Assembly: GCF_018350175.1 (NCBI RefSeq)
Contig: NC_058383.1
Span: forward strand, 23,438,001 to 23,502,000
Reading direction: 5' to 3'
Source: Felis catus
Lineage: Eukaryota
DNA length: 64,000 nucleotides
Shown: positions 63,261 to 64,000 of the stretch, piece after piece
Numbering within the stretch: the first letter of the stretch is position 1
Layout: each line of letters starts with the position of its first letter
The notes under the pieces: generated by a model
Seen by the model: only the letters and a program-made list of their open reading frames with translations
Told to the model about the DNA's origin: nothing
Database searches by the model: none
Position numbers and translations under genes: made by a program

Positions 63261-63878
63261 ATGGATGTATAAGCCTAATAAAGGAAGTAACCAAAGGAGT
63301 TGGGGATGGTCATCTAGTCCACCACACACATGGGAATGTTCCAGAGGATTTCAGAGACTGAAAGCAATTCCTCAGTCTTCTAAGGACAGCCCCTCCCTCC
63401 AGATTTCATCAGCATATGTCCAGTCTGAGTCATCAAAGGCCAGGATGGAGGTGAAGGCCAGTAAGGTCTTCACCTGTGGGCAACACCTATGCAGATCTCT
63501 CCCCATAGGTCAGATAAGCCCATACCCCTTTCTGAAATAATCAGTAACAATAAGCAGTAAAGCCAGAGAAGTATAAAATGAATCTCCTATGGTGGCTGAA
63601 AATCCCAGGAATCACTGGACGGCTGGGATGGATTTATAGAGAGGGTACTCACCCCAAGACATACTTTGTAGATGTTGCACCTGTTCACTCTACGACCTGG
63701 TAATTCTGCAGTGTTTAATTTTATTTTTTTTATTACATATATGTTTTCCTTGGAAACAATATAGATGTTTTTAAAGGTAAGAATGGGCAACAGACTTAAG
63801 GACAAAGGAATATTGAATATTTAATACTAAGCTCTTTACTGTGTTGTCACTCTCAGCATTCCTTTAGTAAAGCCAGGG

Positions 63879-63880
<2 letters not shown>

Positions 63881-63928
<48 letters not shown>
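63881..63928. repeat. (CA)n microsatellite
   Basis: Direct read. Confidence 0.99.
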
Positions 63929-63930
<2 letters not shown>

Positions 63931-64000
63931 CAAGACGCAGCCACCTCTCCTTGGTAATGCAACCCATCTCCAGCAACTGTGGTGACTCCCTGGACACCAG

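Overview
Mammalian non-coding DNA, almost certainly felid: about 45-50 tRNA-derived CanSINE/SINEC copies are present, including young SINEC_Fc-type copies. I found no supportable intact host protein-coding gene, tRNA, rRNA or CRISPR. The ORF track is explained by SINE, L1 and ERV remnants, microsatellites and chance. The main structures are: (1) a two-LTR class I (gamma-like, MER4/MER34/PRIMA-group-like) provirus on the minus strand at 26520-35997, with a 4-bp TSD (CCCT), PBS, PPT, degenerate gag-pro-pol-env, large internal deletions and about 13 SINE insertions; (2) a MER21-like solo LTR with a 5-bp TSD 13 bp away; (3) a two-LTR class III (ERVL-type, LTR52-like) provirus at 39397-43071 with a tRNA-Ser-like PBS, nested in a MIR; (4) two fossil hAT/Charlie transposase fragments (about 51.1-52.0 kb and 58.4-58.9 kb); (5) the usual L1, L2, MIR, MaLR and MER/Tigger background. 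Repeat family names are from recalled consensus sequences, not database searches, and old-repeat boundaries are approximate. I see no convincing novel biological system. The best speculative leads are an LTR-promoted minus-strand spliced transcript, an unexplained hydrophobic reading frame at 1.56-2.14 kb, and motif clusters in the repeat-free islands.
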